Shown here piece after piece: positions 1 to 10,883 of a DNA stretch of 64,000 nt. Both the position numbers and the translations under genes were made by a program. The stretch comes from Candidatus Heimdallarchaeota archaeon (lineage in GTDB: Archaea; Asgardarchaeota; Heimdallarchaeia; JABLTI01): contig JAHLVW010000050.1 in NCBI GenBank assembly GCA_019058275.1, forward strand, positions 1 to 64,000, in the 5' to 3' direction. A model generated the notes under the pieces. That model was not told the origin of the DNA, made no database searches, and was given only the letters and a program-made list of their open reading frames with translations. Each line of letters starts with the position of its first letter. Position 1 is the first letter of the stretch.

Positions 1-111
1 AAAATCAGCAGCACTTGCAAGAAGATTATACGTTCCTGCAGTAAAGAGTTCAGTTCTTTTGCATCGTATATGAACATTCAATGAACCATAGTCTGTTGCG
101 CTGCTTAACAT
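1..111 (-). CDS. N-terminal fragment of a hypothetical protein running off the window edge (MLSSATDYGSLNVHIRCKRTELFTAG...)
   Basis: ATG at 111 on the minus strand, open to position 1; lies just downstream of a stop at 116-118. Confidence 0.4.
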   Translation of the reverse strand, partial: MLSSATDYGSLNVHIRCKRTELFTAGTYNLLASAADF

Positions 112-115
112 CGTC

Positions 116-482
116 TTATTCCTCAACGGATTTTTCAATTAAAAAGGATAAAATCTTTTCGAAAAGTTCCATCTTCTTTAATTCGAGTTGATATGAAGGT
201 TTTGAGAGATATATAATTGTTTTTGCATATCTTCTAACTGGTTATAGCTTTTGGATTTCTTTGCTCCTCAAAAGTTGGAATAATAATAGCTCTCTCTTTA
301 GCTCGTACAAATGTTTTGGCTAAGATGGATTTATGAATTGTAAGGTCAATCACTTTGCACACCAAAAATACATGAGCATTTATAAAAACAATAAAACAAC
401 TCACACTTAAATATGCTTTTTCTACAAGACTAGATAAAAGTGGGTGAATGTGTTTATTGGATTTGTATAGTAGTTTATTCAA
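116..482 (-). pseudogene. Possible frameshifted small hypothetical protein
   Basis: Track ORF 234..482 stops at ITS*, while another frame continues VRRYAKTIIYLSKPSYQLELKKMELFEKILSFLIEKSVEE* to 116. Confidence 0.3.
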
Positions 483-560
483 TAGGATTAAACAATAATG
501 AGGAAAAATAATAAATTAGCTTCCTATTACATAATTCTGAAATTTATTGACTAAAGGTTA

Positions 561-2009
561 ATGATGATGACAGAAGGCATGGATATTGCTGATTTTGTTG
601 TAGAATATGGAACCAAGAAGGGAGCAGATTACATAGAAGCAAGATATGTAGATTCTAGAGAGGAAGGCTATACAACTAGAAATGGAGCCTTATTTGGTGG
701 AGGAACAATCTACAGCAAGGGAATTGGAATCAGAACTCTTACAAATGGGGGAATAGGGTTTTGTTCTACAGCAAAATTGGATAAAGATAACGTAAAGAAA
801 GCTACTGAGCTAGCAATAAAAATGGCAAAAGCTAGCAAGAGAAAAGAACCAATAATTTTTTCGGAAGAAGACATTGTTCAAACCAAGTGGTCAAATCCAG
901 TTAAACAGCATTTTGAGGATATCTCAGAAGAAGAGAAAATGGAATTTATCATAAATCTGGATAAAACGCTTAAAAATCAAGACTTCGGGGAAAATTTGGT
1001 TACTAGAACACTAATGTTAAGTATGGATTTACACAAGAAATACATCCGCAATAGTGAAGGATCAATTGTTGAATCTGAAAAATCTTTGATTCATTTTTAT
1101 ACATTTAATACTGCAAAAGGTGACCATGGAACAGAACAAAGATTTTATGGGCAAGCAAGAGCAAAAGGTTGGGAATGGTTTAAAGAAAATAAGATTGAGG
1201 AAAAAATCATTCAAGATAATCATGCACTAGTAAAGACTGCTATAAATGCTAAAGAAATGAAGCTAGGAGAAATAGATGTAATAGTAAGTGGTGAAGTAGC
1301 AGGAATAATTGCACATGAAAATACTGGTCATCCTTCAGAAGGAGATAGAATACTTGGTCGTGAAGGAGCTCAAGCTGGAGAATCTTTTTACATAGATCTT
1401 CTTAATAAAGGAAAACTAGGCGAAATAAAATTAGGAACAGAATGTGTAAACCTTATTGATGACCCAACACTACCAGGTAGTGCAGGATTCTATCTATATG
1501 ACGATGAATGTGTGAAAGCTCGTCCTAGATACTTGATAAAAAACGGAATGATGAATGACGTTTTGCTGAATAGAGAATTCGCATATAAATTCGATACTAA
1601 ATCAAATGCAGCTTCAAGGGCTATGGGTTACAACAGAGAACCTTTGATTCGAATGGCAAATACTTACTTTGCACCAGGAGAACATCAAATAGAAGAACTG
1701 TTTGAGGATGTGAAGAAAGGCATATACATGAAAAGCTTCACAGAGTGGAACATTGATGATCGTAGATTCCAGAGCAAATACGTTGGATTAGAAGTTTATT
1801 TGGTAGAAAATGGTGAATTGACAGATAAGATGGTGAAGAGACCAATTTTAGAATTAACAACCTTTGGTCTTTTTGGAAGTGTAGATGCAGTAACTAAAGA
1901 TACAGAATTTCCCTTCGGTCATTGTGGTAAGTCAGATCCTGGTCAAGGTGCACCTTGTTGGATGGGTGGAGCGCAGGTACGTATGAGAAATATACGACTT
2001 GGAGGATAA
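561..2009 (+). CDS. tldD: TldD family metalloprotease
   Basis: HENTGHPSEGD (HExxGH), RMANTY, C-terminal CGK motif; paired with a PmbA/TldE gene. Confidence 0.92.
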   Translation: MMMTEGMDIADFVVEYGTKKGADYIEARYVDSREEGYTTRNGALFGGGTIYSKGIGIRTLTNGGIGFCSTAKLDKDNVKKATELAIKMAKASKRKEPIIFSEEDIVQTKWSNPVKQHFEDISEEEKMEFIINLDKTLKNQDFGENLVTRTLMLSMDLHKKYIRNSEGSIVESEKSLIHFYTFNTAKGDHGTEQRFYGQARAKGWEWFKENKIEEKIIQDNHALVKTAINAKEMKLGEIDVIVSGEVAGIIAHENTGHPSEGDRILGREGAQAGESFYIDLLNKGKLGEIKLGTECVNLIDDPTLPGSAGFYLYDDECVKARPRYLIKNGMMNDVLLNREFAYKFDTKSNAASRAMGYNREPLIRMANTYFAPGEHQIEELFEDVKKGIYMKSFTEWNIDDRRFQSKYVGLEVYLVENGELTDKMVKRPILELTTFGLFGSVDAVTKDTEFPFGHCGKSDPGQGAPCWMGGAQVRMRNIRLGG

Positions 2010-2013
2010 TAAG

Positions 2014-3381
2014 ATGAGCAACAATTTAACTGAGAAAGCCATTGAAGTTGCCCAAAAAAGCGGTGCAACTGAAGTTATTGCTAGACTTACGGAAGGACCA
2101 AATTATCAAATTCGGTTCTCTAATTCAAATATTGATATCTTTAAAAAATGGGATCATAGCATGTTAGAAGTTTTCGTTGCTGTTGGTAAGAAAATAACTC
2201 AAGTCGACATTCAAGATCCCACTCAAACCAAAATTAATGAAATGGTTCAGCAAGCTACCTCTTTTGCTAAGAAAATGCCTGATAGTGAGCTTTATGATAA
2301 ACTGGAATCCACTAAGCATACTTACAAACCAATTGATGGTCTGTATGACAAGTCAATTGAGAATTTTTATGATAAAGCCCCCGAGCTAGTGAATGTTGCC
2401 ATTCAGAAATCATTAGATGTCGGAGCTAAAAGGGTTGCTGGAGTACTTTATTTTGGTAAAACAAACACCGAAGTAAAAACAAGCTATGGCAATTCTGGTT
2501 CTTATGATTCCTCCTTCTACAGACTGACCATACGTTCCTTTGTTGACTTTGAAAGTAGCGGTCAAGATGTTGTTGTCGGTAGAAATATGGCTAATGTTGA
2601 AAAAGAGTTCTCAAAAGCTGGTGAAGAAGCAGGAAAACTTGCTAAAATGGCTGTTGGTGGTAAACAAGGAAAAGCTGGTAAATACGATCTAATCATGAGT
2701 CCAACAGTAGCTGCCAACATTCTCGGACAAATTACTGATGGTGCTAATCCCTTAATGATACTTGTTGGCATGAGCCCATTAGGTGATCACATGGGAGAGC
2801 AGATAGCTCCAGAGAATTTCAATGTAGTAGATAACCCTCATATTAGTGAAGGTTTAGGTAGTCGAGCATTTGATATTGAAGGAACGCCTACTAGTAAAAC
2901 ACTAATTATCAAAAATGGTATTCTCGTAGGATTAATTCATAATACTACTTCTGGGGTAATGATGCAAACTGAGAGTACTGGAAATTCTGATTTAGTTAGT
3001 TTTGGTTCAGGATCAAAGTTTCTAGCTCCTACACCGACAAACATGGTTTACAATGCTGGAGATTACTCTTTAGATGAAATCATTGAAGATTCAAAGAAAC
3101 CAACTATCTATATTACTTCAAATTGGTATACTCGTTACACCAATATGCTTGAAGGAGAATTCTCATCTATACCTCGAGATGGTATGTTCCTTATTGAAGA
3201 TGGTGAGATTAAGAAACCAGTCAGAAAATTAAGGGTAACTGATAATCTTCTTCGTATGAGCAGAAACATTTCCGCTGTAGGAAAAGATCAGAAACAAATT
3301 TTCTGGTGGGAAGTTTACACACCTACATTTATCTCAACAATAAAAGTAGCTGATTGCAACATTACTGCTGCTACAAAATAA
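2014..3381 (+). CDS. tldE: TldE/PmbA family protein
   Basis: FDIEGTPT and PTNM motifs, no HExxH; ATG at 2014 follows GGAGG at the end of tldD. Confidence 0.88.
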   Translation: MSNNLTEKAIEVAQKSGATEVIARLTEGPNYQIRFSNSNIDIFKKWDHSMLEVFVAVGKKITQVDIQDPTQTKINEMVQQATSFAKKMPDSELYDKLESTKHTYKPIDGLYDKSIENFYDKAPELVNVAIQKSLDVGAKRVAGVLYFGKTNTEVKTSYGNSGSYDSSFYRLTIRSFVDFESSGQDVVVGRNMANVEKEFSKAGEEAGKLAKMAVGGKQGKAGKYDLIMSPTVAANILGQITDGANPLMILVGMSPLGDHMGEQIAPENFNVVDNPHISEGLGSRAFDIEGTPTSKTLIIKNGILVGLIHNTTSGVMMQTESTGNSDLVSFGSGSKFLAPTPTNMVYNAGDYSLDEIIEDSKKPTIYITSNWYTRYTNMLEGEFSSIPRDGMFLIEDGEIKKPVRKLRVTDNLLRMSRNISAVGKDQKQIFWWEVYTPTFISTIKVADCNITAATK

Positions 3382-3388
3382 GTCTAGA

Positions 3389-3443
3389 CTCTTGAACTTC
3401 CTTGGTGAAGTTTGAGAGCTCAATCCCTTTTTTTCTTCTTTTT
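3389..3443 (+). terminator. Hairpin plus U-tract after tldDE
   Basis: CTCTTGAACTTC / GAAGTTTGAGAG 12-bp stem (two G-U pairs), 6-nt loop, followed by a T-rich run. Confidence 0.55.
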
Positions 3444-3535
3444 ATGTACTCTTCATTTAAATAAAATGAACAGCATAAAATTATTATATTGGAAAGAAAT
3501 GTAATGATTTTTTATGATAAAAAGAAGATGAGCGT

Positions 3536-5173
3536 ATGACAAAAAAGACAAAATTCGTATTTATTGTAGGAGGAGTAATGTCGGGAATTGGGAAAGGAAT
3601 CGTTACATCAAGCATTGGGAAGAATATACAAGTTCGAAATGGTACTATAGACTTAATCAAAATTGACCCTTACTTGAATATTGATGCTGGAACAATGAAT
3701 CCTATTCAACATGGAGAAGTTTTTGTTACAGATGATGGTGGAGAGATAGATGTTGATTTTGGTCATTATGCTCGTATTCTTGGTCTTAATATGAAGAAGA
3801 CTCAAAACATCACTACTGGGCAGGTTTATAGAGAAGTTATCAGAAAAGAGAGAGCTGGTGATTATCTCGGTCAGACAGTTCAAGTAATTCCACATATCAC
3901 TGATGAAATTAAAAGAAGAATTCGTGCTGTTAGTGAATTTAACAAACCTGACGTATTATTAATCGAAATTGGTGGAACTGTAGGTGACATTGAATCATTA
4001 CCATTCTTAGAAGCAATTCGTCAAATGATTATGGAAGAAAAAGAAGAAGATACACTTCTAGTTCATACAACTTATGTTCCTGTTCCGGCACATCTTGGTG
4101 AGCCAAAAACCAAACCAACACAGCATTCTGTAAAAGAATTAAGGAGCATTGGTCTAAATCCACATATAATTGTTTGTAGAAGCCATGATGTTCTTGATGA
4201 AAAAACACAAGAAAAAGTTGCTTTATTCTGCAATGTTCCTAAAAAAGCTGTTTTCACCTTGCCGGATTTAAACACTGTTTACTCAGCACCCTATTTATTA
4301 GATCAGCAGGGATTTGGCGAGTTAATTATTGAAAAACTTGGATTGAAAACAACAAAAGCTGATTGGAAGGTTTGGAATGAGTTAACAGATAAATATGAAC
4401 ATCCTGTTGGCAAGGTAAAAATTGCTATGGGTGGTAAATATACTCAGATAATTGATTCTTATATTTCAGTTAATGAAGCATTAAGACATGCAGGCGCTTA
4501 TTTCAAATATGATGTTGATATTGAATGGATTGATACAGAGGAAATTGAAGCCGATAAATCAAAACTTAAAATTATGAAAAAATTCGATGGTTTACTTGTT
4601 CCCGGAGGATTTGGTCATCGAGGAACTGAAGGTAAAATCGCAATGATATGTTATGCACGTGAAAATAATATACCATTCATCGGATTATGTTTTGGTTTTC
4701 AGTTAGCAATTGTTGAGTTTTCGAGAAATGTTTTGGGATTAAAAGATGCTTCAAGCCTTGAATTTACAAAGAATGGAGATGTTAAATCAAAGAATCTTGT
4801 AATTGATTTGCTACCTGAACAGAAAGAAGTAACTGATTTAGGGGGCACAATGCGGTTAGGGGGCTTAAAGGTCATTGTTAAAAAAGGAACAAGAACTCAT
4901 GAGCTATTTGGAAAAGATGAGATTATAGAAAGACATAGACATCGATTTGAGGTAAATCCTGATTATATTAAAAGAATTGAGAAACACGGTTTGGTTTTTG
5001 CCGGCACTTCTGAAGATGGTCGTAGAATGGAAATTCTAGAACTTCCAAGTCATCTTTACTTCCATGCATCACAATTTCATCCAGAATTTACTTCTTTACC
5101 ATGGAAACCAAACCCACTATTTAGAGGATTTATTGAGAGTGCAATTAAGCGGCATAAGGAAAGAACAAAATAA
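3536..5173 (+). CDS. pyrG: CTP synthase
   Basis: GGVMSGIGKG, KIDPYLNIDAGTMNP, EIGGTVGDIES, KTKPTQHSV, GLCFG nucleophile, RHRHRFEVN, FHPEF. Confidence 0.98.
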   Translation: MTKKTKFVFIVGGVMSGIGKGIVTSSIGKNIQVRNGTIDLIKIDPYLNIDAGTMNPIQHGEVFVTDDGGEIDVDFGHYARILGLNMKKTQNITTGQVYREVIRKERAGDYLGQTVQVIPHITDEIKRRIRAVSEFNKPDVLLIEIGGTVGDIESLPFLEAIRQMIMEEKEEDTLLVHTTYVPVPAHLGEPKTKPTQHSVKELRSIGLNPHIIVCRSHDVLDEKTQEKVALFCNVPKKAVFTLPDLNTVYSAPYLLDQQGFGELIIEKLGLKTTKADWKVWNELTDKYEHPVGKVKIAMGGKYTQIIDSYISVNEALRHAGAYFKYDVDIEWIDTEEIEADKSKLKIMKKFDGLLVPGGFGHRGTEGKIAMICYARENNIPFIGLCFGFQLAIVEFSRNVLGLKDASSLEFTKNGDVKSKNLVIDLLPEQKEVTDLGGTMRLGGLKVIVKKGTRTHELFGKDEIIERHRHRFEVNPDYIKRIEKHGLVFAGTSEDGRRMEILELPSHLYFHASQFHPEFTSLPWKPNPLFRGFIESAIKRHKERTK

Positions 5174-5240
5174 TTCATTGATTCATTTTCAAAGTACAAA
5201 GATAAAGAAATAAAAATGAGAAAATGAAAGAAAGAATCAG

Positions 5241-5522
5241 TTATTTTAACTTGAAAATCACAGTATCTATTTTAGTACTACAAATTTTACGTACACCATG
5301 CATTCCAGGTTCATAACGTGATAGAAGTAATTTAGCGGTTTCAAGAATTTTAATTTGGGCACTAATATTGGCTTCAGTTTGACCTAGCATACCAGCAATG
5401 CGACTGACATCAATATCTTTTTCAGAAGTCAACTTAAGTATCTTTACTCTTGTTTTTGAGGACAATGCTTTAGCTACTAAGTTAATACGATCTCCTTCTA
5501 CATCTAAGGTTTCTTCGGACAT
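5241..5522 (-). CDS. ArsR/SmtB-type winged-helix transcriptional regulator
   Basis: KALSSKTRVKILKL ... IAGMLGQTEANISAQIKILETAKLL pattern. Confidence 0.8.
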   Translation of the reverse strand: MSEETLDVEGDRINLVAKALSSKTRVKILKLTSEKDIDVSRIAGMLGQTEANISAQIKILETAKLLLSRYEPGMHGVRKICSTKIDTVIFKLK

Positions 5523-5709
5523 TTTACTACCTCAACTCTGAGCGGTTCGAAGTACAAATGAAGTATTACAATAAATAAAAGTTTCTGTGAATTTTTTAAT
5601 AATCATTTTAAGAAAAAAACACTGAATGATATAAGCTTATTCTTTATAAAAAGAATAACACAGACAGATTTACAAACCTAATAAGTTAATTTATTATTAG
5701 TAAAAGCAT

Positions 5710-6654
5710 TTGATGAAGCAAGTCAAGAGCAAAATAGAGAAAATGAGGATATCAATGTCTAAAGCAGCTGATTACTTAATTGAATTAGATAAAGATGATT
5801 TCAGAACTTTGCAAGCTATAGAAGTAGGCATGCGTACTTTTGAGCATGTTCCTGTTGAATCCATTGTAGAATTTAGTAAACTTAGACATGATAGAGTGTT
5901 ACATAATCTTGACAATTTGCATCGTAGAGATCTCATTTCCAGATGGAAAAGGCAATTTACTGGATATCAATTAACGCATCACGGATATGATGTTCTTGCT
6001 TTTAGAGCACTTTCTGAGAGAGATACTATAGTTGCAATAGGAAGAGAGCTTGGAAAGGGAAAGGAATCTGATGTGTTTTTGGCATATGATGAGAAGCAAA
6101 AAACATTAGTCGCAAAAATCCATCGCGTAGGTAGACCAAGCTTTAAACGTAGCAAAAGATTGAGAGGGTACGTGGGGCAACGAGGACACATAAATTGGTT
6201 ATACAAATCGAGATTGTCAGCTGAAAGAGAATTGACTGGATTAAAAATTGCGAATAAAATAAAGCTAAAAGCTCCCAAAGTCATTGATGGTAACAGGCAT
6301 ATTGTTATTATGGAATTTTTCGAAGGAACAGAACTTGTAAATTATATTGATCTAAAAAAACCATTAAAGATTTTTAATGGAATAATTTCAGAAGTTCGCA
6401 AGCTCTTTGTAAAAGGAGGAATCATTCATGCGGATTTATCAGAATACAATGTTATTCTCACTCCAAAACAAGAATTTCTTCTAATCGATTTCCCACAATT
6501 TGAAATGGCAGATCATGTAAATGGCAAAGAACTGCTGTTTCGAGATATCAATAATATATGCAAATATTTCAAACGGAAATTTAAGATTCAATCAGATCCA
6601 GACCTAATTCTTGAAACAATTCTAGACGAATATGAAAAATTAAACAAGAAATGA
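5710..6654 (+). CDS. rio2: RIO2 family Ser/Thr kinase (true start possibly ATG 5755)
   Basis: N-terminal wHTH (GYQLTHHGYDVLA), GKGKESDV, IIHADLSEYNV, IDFPQ. Confidence 0.92.
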   Translation: MMKQVKSKIEKMRISMSKAADYLIELDKDDFRTLQAIEVGMRTFEHVPVESIVEFSKLRHDRVLHNLDNLHRRDLISRWKRQFTGYQLTHHGYDVLAFRALSERDTIVAIGRELGKGKESDVFLAYDEKQKTLVAKIHRVGRPSFKRSKRLRGYVGQRGHINWLYKSRLSAERELTGLKIANKIKLKAPKVIDGNRHIVIMEFFEGTELVNYIDLKKPLKIFNGIISEVRKLFVKGGIIHADLSEYNVILTPKQEFLLIDFPQFEMADHVNGKELLFRDINNICKYFKRKFKIQSDPDLILETILDEYEKLNKK

Positions 6655-6740
6655 AATTTCAAGAAAAGATTAATTCACAAAAAACTTTTGAAAGAATAGA
6701 CCATAAACCATTAGCGAAATTAAATCTAAAGGTGTAAATC

Positions 6741-7718
6741 TTGGGCTGGTTCTTTGATCAATCTATTAATGAAGTGTTACAGGATTTTTTTCCTGAATGG
6801 TTTGAAATCATCTTTAAAATAATAACCTATTTTGGCGAAGCAATAATCTACATTGGCTTATTAGCTTTAGCATATTGGATTTTAAATAAGAAGGATGCAA
6901 TAGTTGGATTCTACATTCTTTTTACTTCATCTTTTCTTAACACATTTTTAAAACTTTTAATAAAAAATCCAAGACCAAGTCAATCTATCCGATTGGTTGA
7001 TGAAGAAAATTTCAGTACACCATCAGGGCATGCACAGACATCCTTAATTGTCTATGGTTGGATGACATTTTATTTCAAGAAGATATGGATGTATATTGTT
7101 ATACCAATTTTAGTACTGCTTATCTGTCTTTCAAGAGTTTATTTAGGAGTACATTATATTGGTGATGTAATTATTGGATTATTAATTGGTATCACTGTAT
7201 TAGCAGCACTCTATTTTGGAGTGCCACCTTTGTTAAAGTGGATTGATACTTGGTCAAACAAGACAAAAATAATCGTTGGTGAAAGCTTATGCAGCAATAA
7301 TTTTCCTAACAACATTTCTACTTGGATTATTCACTGAATGGCCAGAAGGAGATATCTCAAATACAGGTGATATTGTTGCTGCTTTGTTTCTGTTCCCAAT
7401 AATGATATGGATTGAAACTAAATGGATTAAAATGAAAACATTGATTGGCGTTCTAAGCTTCTTAGAGCAGTTGTTGGATTAATTATATTAGTTGGAGCAT
7501 ATTTGGGATTATCAGCATTGTTTGATCTTATTGACACTTCAGGATTAGCTTTCACAGCACAATACTCTGTCGATTATCTATTGAGATTTATTAGATATTC
7601 CTTTCTAGCATTGATTTTAGGCTTGCTTATGCCATGGATCTTTGTTAAAGTAAAAATATTTTCGAAGGAAAAAACCGAGTTAGAAGAGGAACCCGCAGTT
7701 ATTTCTAGTCAAGCATAA
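6741..7718 (+). pseudogene. PAP2-family membrane phosphatase split by two frameshifts
   Basis: KxxxxxxRP, PSGHAQ, SRVYLGVH motifs; reading frame switches near 7285 and 7440 through continuous TM segments (track ORFs 6741..7337, 7276..7482, 7503..7718). Confidence 0.8.
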
Positions 7719-7728
7719 GAAGAGGTAG

Positions 7729-9015
7729 TCATTCCCTTTCATTTTTATTTTTTAATAATACATCTATTTTATCATAGGATGTTCCTAATGCATAATCAAG
7801 AATTTCGGAGAAAAATAATGTTGCCAGATTGATTTCTGTATATTCACTTTGATGCACTGTAAAGTTCATACTACAATTTCCGCAACCCATAGTAATTGCA
7901 TCGACTTTATGCTTAATTAATGAGTTAATTCTTTTCTTGGCAATATCATAAGCTATTCTTTCATCATACTGTAACATAGATGAACCACAACAAAACGTTT
8001 CAAATGGATAATGAACAATATTAATTGATGTGAGTTTTAATAGGTCAAGCAACAATGAAGCACCTATCGATGCAGATGGAGAATATTTTTCAGGATGGAT
8101 AGCTTGACATGGAACTTGTGTGGCAACAGTTAGTTTACTAAGATTAATTGAATTCTGTTTAGAAACAAGTTTCTTGTATTTACCTTGTAACTCTTCTTAT
8201 CGTAGAAATTCTGATAGGTGTTTAATTTCCACTTTTCCAGAAAAAGTAAGAGAAATTTTAGCTAAATGATGATTAGTATTTTTCATTTTCTCAGGATTCT
8301 CGAGTAAAATTAAGTTTGCTCTTCTTAAGTTTCCTGAACATCCACCATAAAGAGAGACTATTTTCTGAACACCATATTTTTCAGCTAATGCCAAATTGTA
8401 AGCAACAATTATGAGCCAAAGCTCTTCAGACTGTGATTCAGTCATAATAGAACCGCAGCAAGCAAAAGGCAAGTCTTTAAATTCTACAGATAATTTTGTA
8501 AGCAACCTCCGAGCTGATAATTCATAATCTGGTACTCTATAAGTTATGAGACATCCTAAAAAAAGAGCAATCTTTTTTGATTGATTTTCATCCACAATAT
8601 CCCGAGTTAAAGGTTTTTCACTAGTTTCTAAAGCCATGATCTCATCAATTAAAAACGCAACTTCGTCGGTATTTGTAGGTGGAAGAATGGGCAACTCATT
8701 ATCAGTCCTGATATCATTTATTGACTTATTAATATCAAATAACTGCCCTTGTTTTTTCAATTTATCAATAGGCTCAAGCATTCTACTGGTTTGTTGATCT
8801 TTATTTCTTCTACGATCAATTGCATACTGTCTAGGTGAATAATCAGGACAGATATCTTCACAATAAAAACAAGAGGTGCAAAACCAAATATCACCTTTAT
8901 CTTTAGTGATTGGTAAAGCTCCTTCACTTTTATCAGCAACAGTTACTTGAGAAGCCTTACACTTGTATAGAGATTCGCAATTATCGTAGGGCATAATAAT
9001 CATTAAAAAATCCAA
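7729..9015 (-). pseudogene. HdrC/HdrB-like fusion (4Fe-4S ferredoxin plus two CCG domains) with an internal in-frame TAA
   Basis: CTSCFYCEDICP, FLGC, ACCGS and FCCGS, MGCGNC; ORFs 8197..9015 and 7729..8055 share a frame, separated only by TAA at 8197-8199. Confidence 0.8.
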
Positions 9016-9067
9016 GAGTGTGATGACGTATAATTATTTCTATGATTAACAAATATCAATGGATTCT

Positions 9068-9457
9068 CTAATCGAGTATGCCTTCAATACCTATTTCATT
9101 TGAAAGAATCTTATTAAGTTCATCACACAGTTCAATGTTAATTGCATGATCTGCATCTGATAAGTAAAGAGTCAAACAGTCTTTGACAGTATCAATTTCA
9201 GGCAAATATGTTCTTCCAAAAGTTATCGCTGCTGTCAATTGTTCGCCTCGCACATGAATGTAAGCATTTTCTCCAATTTTTATGTATCCAGTATCTCGTA
9301 AAAGTTTTTCAAAGAGAGAGTAAATTCTTTTTGGCTTTGTAACAAAGCAAGTAATTATCATTGGAAATCTAATTTTGCTCAAAGTTTCCACTCTTTTCCT
9401 TATCCACTTATTACATAGATAAAAATAGAATAAAATTATTTCGAGAATAAGTAACAT
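9068..9457 (-). CDS. Hypothetical protein (start uncertain)
   Basis: 129-aa ORF with globular composition, no recognised motif. Confidence 0.5.
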   Translation of the reverse strand: MLLILEIILFYFYLCNKWIRKRVETLSKIRFPMIITCFVTKPKRIYSLFEKLLRDTGYIKIGENAYIHVRGEQLTAAITFGRTYLPEIDTVKDCLTLYLSDADHAINIELCDELNKILSNEIGIEGILD

Positions 9458-9536
9458 AAAAAATTGAAATTACGAATTAAAAGCACCCAAAAAGTAAAAA
9501 GATAGGAAACCGTCTTCAAATAATGGATTTAACTTT

Positions 9537-10883
9537 TTGGTGCTAACAATGAAACAGATCCAAGTAACAGTTCCTGCAGCAGAAGGAAATGATATTGTTA
9601 AAAGCTTAAATGAAGTAGTTTCACCTTCTCAAATCACACATGTCAAAGGAAGTGATTTCAGCTTAATTTTGATAACGGTTACTCCGAATAGAACTGGTTA
9701 TGTTATGGATCATCTAATTGATTTGGGAATTGGTAGGGTTAAAGGAAGAATTTCGATTTCAGATGTTGATGCAACAATCCCTCATATTAGACCTCGAAAA
9801 CAAGATAGATTTTTGAGAAGGATATCAATTGAGGAACTTGAGCAAAATGTCTCTTCATTAACTAAATTTAATTTTAATTTCATATCACTGACTATTCTCT
9901 CATCAATACTTGCAGGAATGGGTTTGATAGGAGATGATAATGTTACTTTAATAGCTTCTATGATCATCGCTCCATTAATGGGTCCGATTGTTGCTTTTGC
10001 TTTTGGTGCAGTAACTTCAAATCAAAAAATTCTGAAGGAAGGTAGTATTGCTGAAGGTTCCGGTATACTGATTTCAATGTTTATTGGTTTTATTATAGGA
10101 TTAATCTATCGTTTTTCATTAAATGAACCTAGCGCATCTATTATTGCAAGAGGGGAACCAAATATCATTAATCTAATTATTGCGATAGTGTCTGGCTTAA
10201 CAGCAGGGATTTGTTTTGTGAGTGGTACTTCTTTGGCTCTTGTGGGTGTAGCTGCTGCAGCAGCATTATTGCCAGTAACTGTTAATGTGGGTATTGCATT
10301 AGGGATGTTTGAATGGAGAATAGCTTTAGGTAGTTTGGTACTATTCGTAACAAATGTAGTTTGTGTGCATTTAGGATGTATGATAGTCTTTTGGATTCGT
10401 AAAGTAGAACCTCCTCAAGAAGTTAAGAAAGTAAAAGCAAAACGAGCTATAAGAACGCAAATCATTGCTTTTGTGCTTGTGTTGCTTGTCGTTGCTTTTC
10501 CAATTATACAAACGACAATTCAAATAGGGCGGAAGTGGCGGTACCAGAAAATAACGAATGATGTTGCAAATGATCTGTTACAACCTTTAGATAGTGTTCT
10601 TTATCCTCCAGAGGAATTAGATGTGATAATTAGTGGAGGGATATTTGAGTTTACTGTAGATATTAGAATTAGGATTTTATCGACTGAAGCATTACCAGAT
10701 ACAATTGAATCTGATCTTAAAGATGAAATAGAGTTTAGATCAGGAACTACGATAGACTCGTTTAGCCTAGAAGTTATACTCTATCAAGACTTTAACACAA
10801 CGTCTAATCAAGAGAGCTACAAATTACCATTATTAGCTTATCCACTAGTAAAAACTAAAATGACAAGAATGCTTGGAATTTAA
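9537..10883 (+). CDS. TIGR00341/DUF389 family membrane protein
   Basis: IASMIIAPLMGP and LVGVAAAAALLP signatures, multiple TM helices. Confidence 0.85.
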   Translation: MVLTMKQIQVTVPAAEGNDIVKSLNEVVSPSQITHVKGSDFSLILITVTPNRTGYVMDHLIDLGIGRVKGRISISDVDATIPHIRPRKQDRFLRRISIEELEQNVSSLTKFNFNFISLTILSSILAGMGLIGDDNVTLIASMIIAPLMGPIVAFAFGAVTSNQKILKEGSIAEGSGILISMFIGFIIGLIYRFSLNEPSASIIARGEPNIINLIIAIVSGLTAGICFVSGTSLALVGVAAAAALLPVTVNVGIALGMFEWRIALGSLVLFVTNVVCVHLGCMIVFWIRKVEPPQEVKKVKAKRAIRTQIIAFVLVLLVVAFPIIQTTIQIGRKWRYQKITNDVANDLLQPLDSVLYPPEELDVIISGGIFEFTVDIRIRILSTEALPDTIESDLKDEIEFRSGTTIDSFSLEVILYQDFNTTSNQESYKLPLLAYPLVKTKMTRMLGI

